Shown: positions 44,323 through 44,845 of the stretch, piece after piece
How the letters are laid out: the number at the start of each line of letters is the position of its first letter
Numbering within the stretch: the first letter of the stretch is position 1
Source: Candidatus Zixiibacteriota bacterium
GTDB lineage: Bacteria > Zixibacteria > MSB-5A5 > GN15 > FEB-12
Assembly (NCBI GenBank): GCA_016926795.1
Contig: JAFGNW010000230.1
Coordinates: 1 to 44,845 of the forward strand
Direction of reading: 5' to 3'
DNA length: 44,845 bases
Notes under the pieces: model-generated
Databases searched by the model: none
What the model was told of the DNA's origin: nothing
What the model saw: only the letters and a program-made list of their open reading frames with translations
Program-made: the position numbers and the translations under genes

Positions 44323-44845
44323 TTACTTAATGATGGCAAAGCGCCCGAGTCGCTCGCCATACGGGGAATCAACATGATATATATAAATTCCGGAAGCGAC
44401 CTGCTGAGCATTGCCGCTCAAAGCGTCCCAGCGGACCACTCCGGTACCATCGTCATGATTTATCGTTTTGACCAGATCACCGGCCAGAGTGTAGATACGG
44501 ACCGTGCACCGGTCGGGCACATTACGGAATTCCAGCACCGTCATCCCTTCGGCTGTTTCCGTCCGGGGGTCGTTGGTGGCGAAATAGGGGTCCGGCACCA
44601 CTTTGATATTCTTCAAATCCCGTGAGGCATCAGCGGCACTAACGCCGTCCACCCGGAAATCAAAGACATCATCGGGGCCGTTCATCGGCGCCCCTTCAAT
44701 AGTAAAGACGTCGTTAACGGCCGGATTATAGACCTCTTCATCGAAACCGAACAGCCAGCAGTAATAGTACGGGAAAGCCAGCGAGGTCAAATCCTGCCCC
44801 GGGTCGTATGCGTAATCGACAATCGAAAGCAGGTCGTAAGGGTCC
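44323..44845 (-). CDS. C-terminal part of a larger protein ending in a T9SS type-A/FlgD-like C-terminal domain (5' end outside window)
   Basis: Frame is open to the window edge (DPYDLLSIVDYAYDPGQDL..). Ends IKVVPDPY..LEFRNVP..CTVRIYTLAGDLVKTI..WD...QQVASGIYIYHV....RLGRFAIIK. Confidence 0.85.
   Translation of the reverse strand, partial: DPYDLLSIVDYAYDPGQDLTSLAFPYYYCWLFGFDEEVYNPAVNDVFTIEGAPMNGPDDVFDFRVDGVSAADASRDLKNIKVVPDPYFATNDPRTETAEGMTVLEFRNVPDRCTVRIYTLAGDLVKTINHDDGTGVVRWDALSGNAQQVASGIYIYHVDSPYGERLGRFAIIK

Overview
Bacterial chromosomal window (standard code 11). It most likely comes from a diderm of the FCB/Zixibacteria type; this is an inference from the cysteine-flanked dockerin-like C-terminal tags, PorV-like barrels, TonB-dependent receptor and T9SS-like C-terminal domain. 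Left end (minus strand): TonB-dependent receptor, PorV-like barrel and a large lipoprotein that runs off the window. Next come a lipoate ligase, a TPR-GAF-AAA+ sigma54 activator with a small secreted-protein gene directly upstream, a DUF362 Fe-S protein, the conserved aspS-phoH-HD phosphodiesterase-ybeY-corC block and a PTS IIA gene. The 20.6-29.0 kb region is an accessory array of five separately promoted secreted proteins sharing a six-cysteine dockerin-like tail (one is a frameshifted pseudogene with a half tail). Two of the five also carry cohesin-like domains. Then follow NlpC/P60, a CopZ-like protein, two EamA transporters and a lipoprotein, and a REP-rich hotspot holding a HEPN gene remnant, a large (Alu-domain) SRP RNA and tRNA-Ala(CGC). 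The right part holds dnaX-ybaB-recR, a membrane TPR protein, sthA, rmuC, a HExxH protein and a second PorV-like gene downstream of a T9SS-CTD-like protein that runs off the window. Best novelty candidates: (1) a cohesin/dockerin-based secreted protein assembly not centred on glycoside hydrolases, (2) a possible peptide-signal/TPR-sigma54-activator pair with paired operators, (3) two unannotated structured intergenic RNA elements, (4) TBDR/PorV/partner modules. All calls come from reading motifs by eye; no searches were run.
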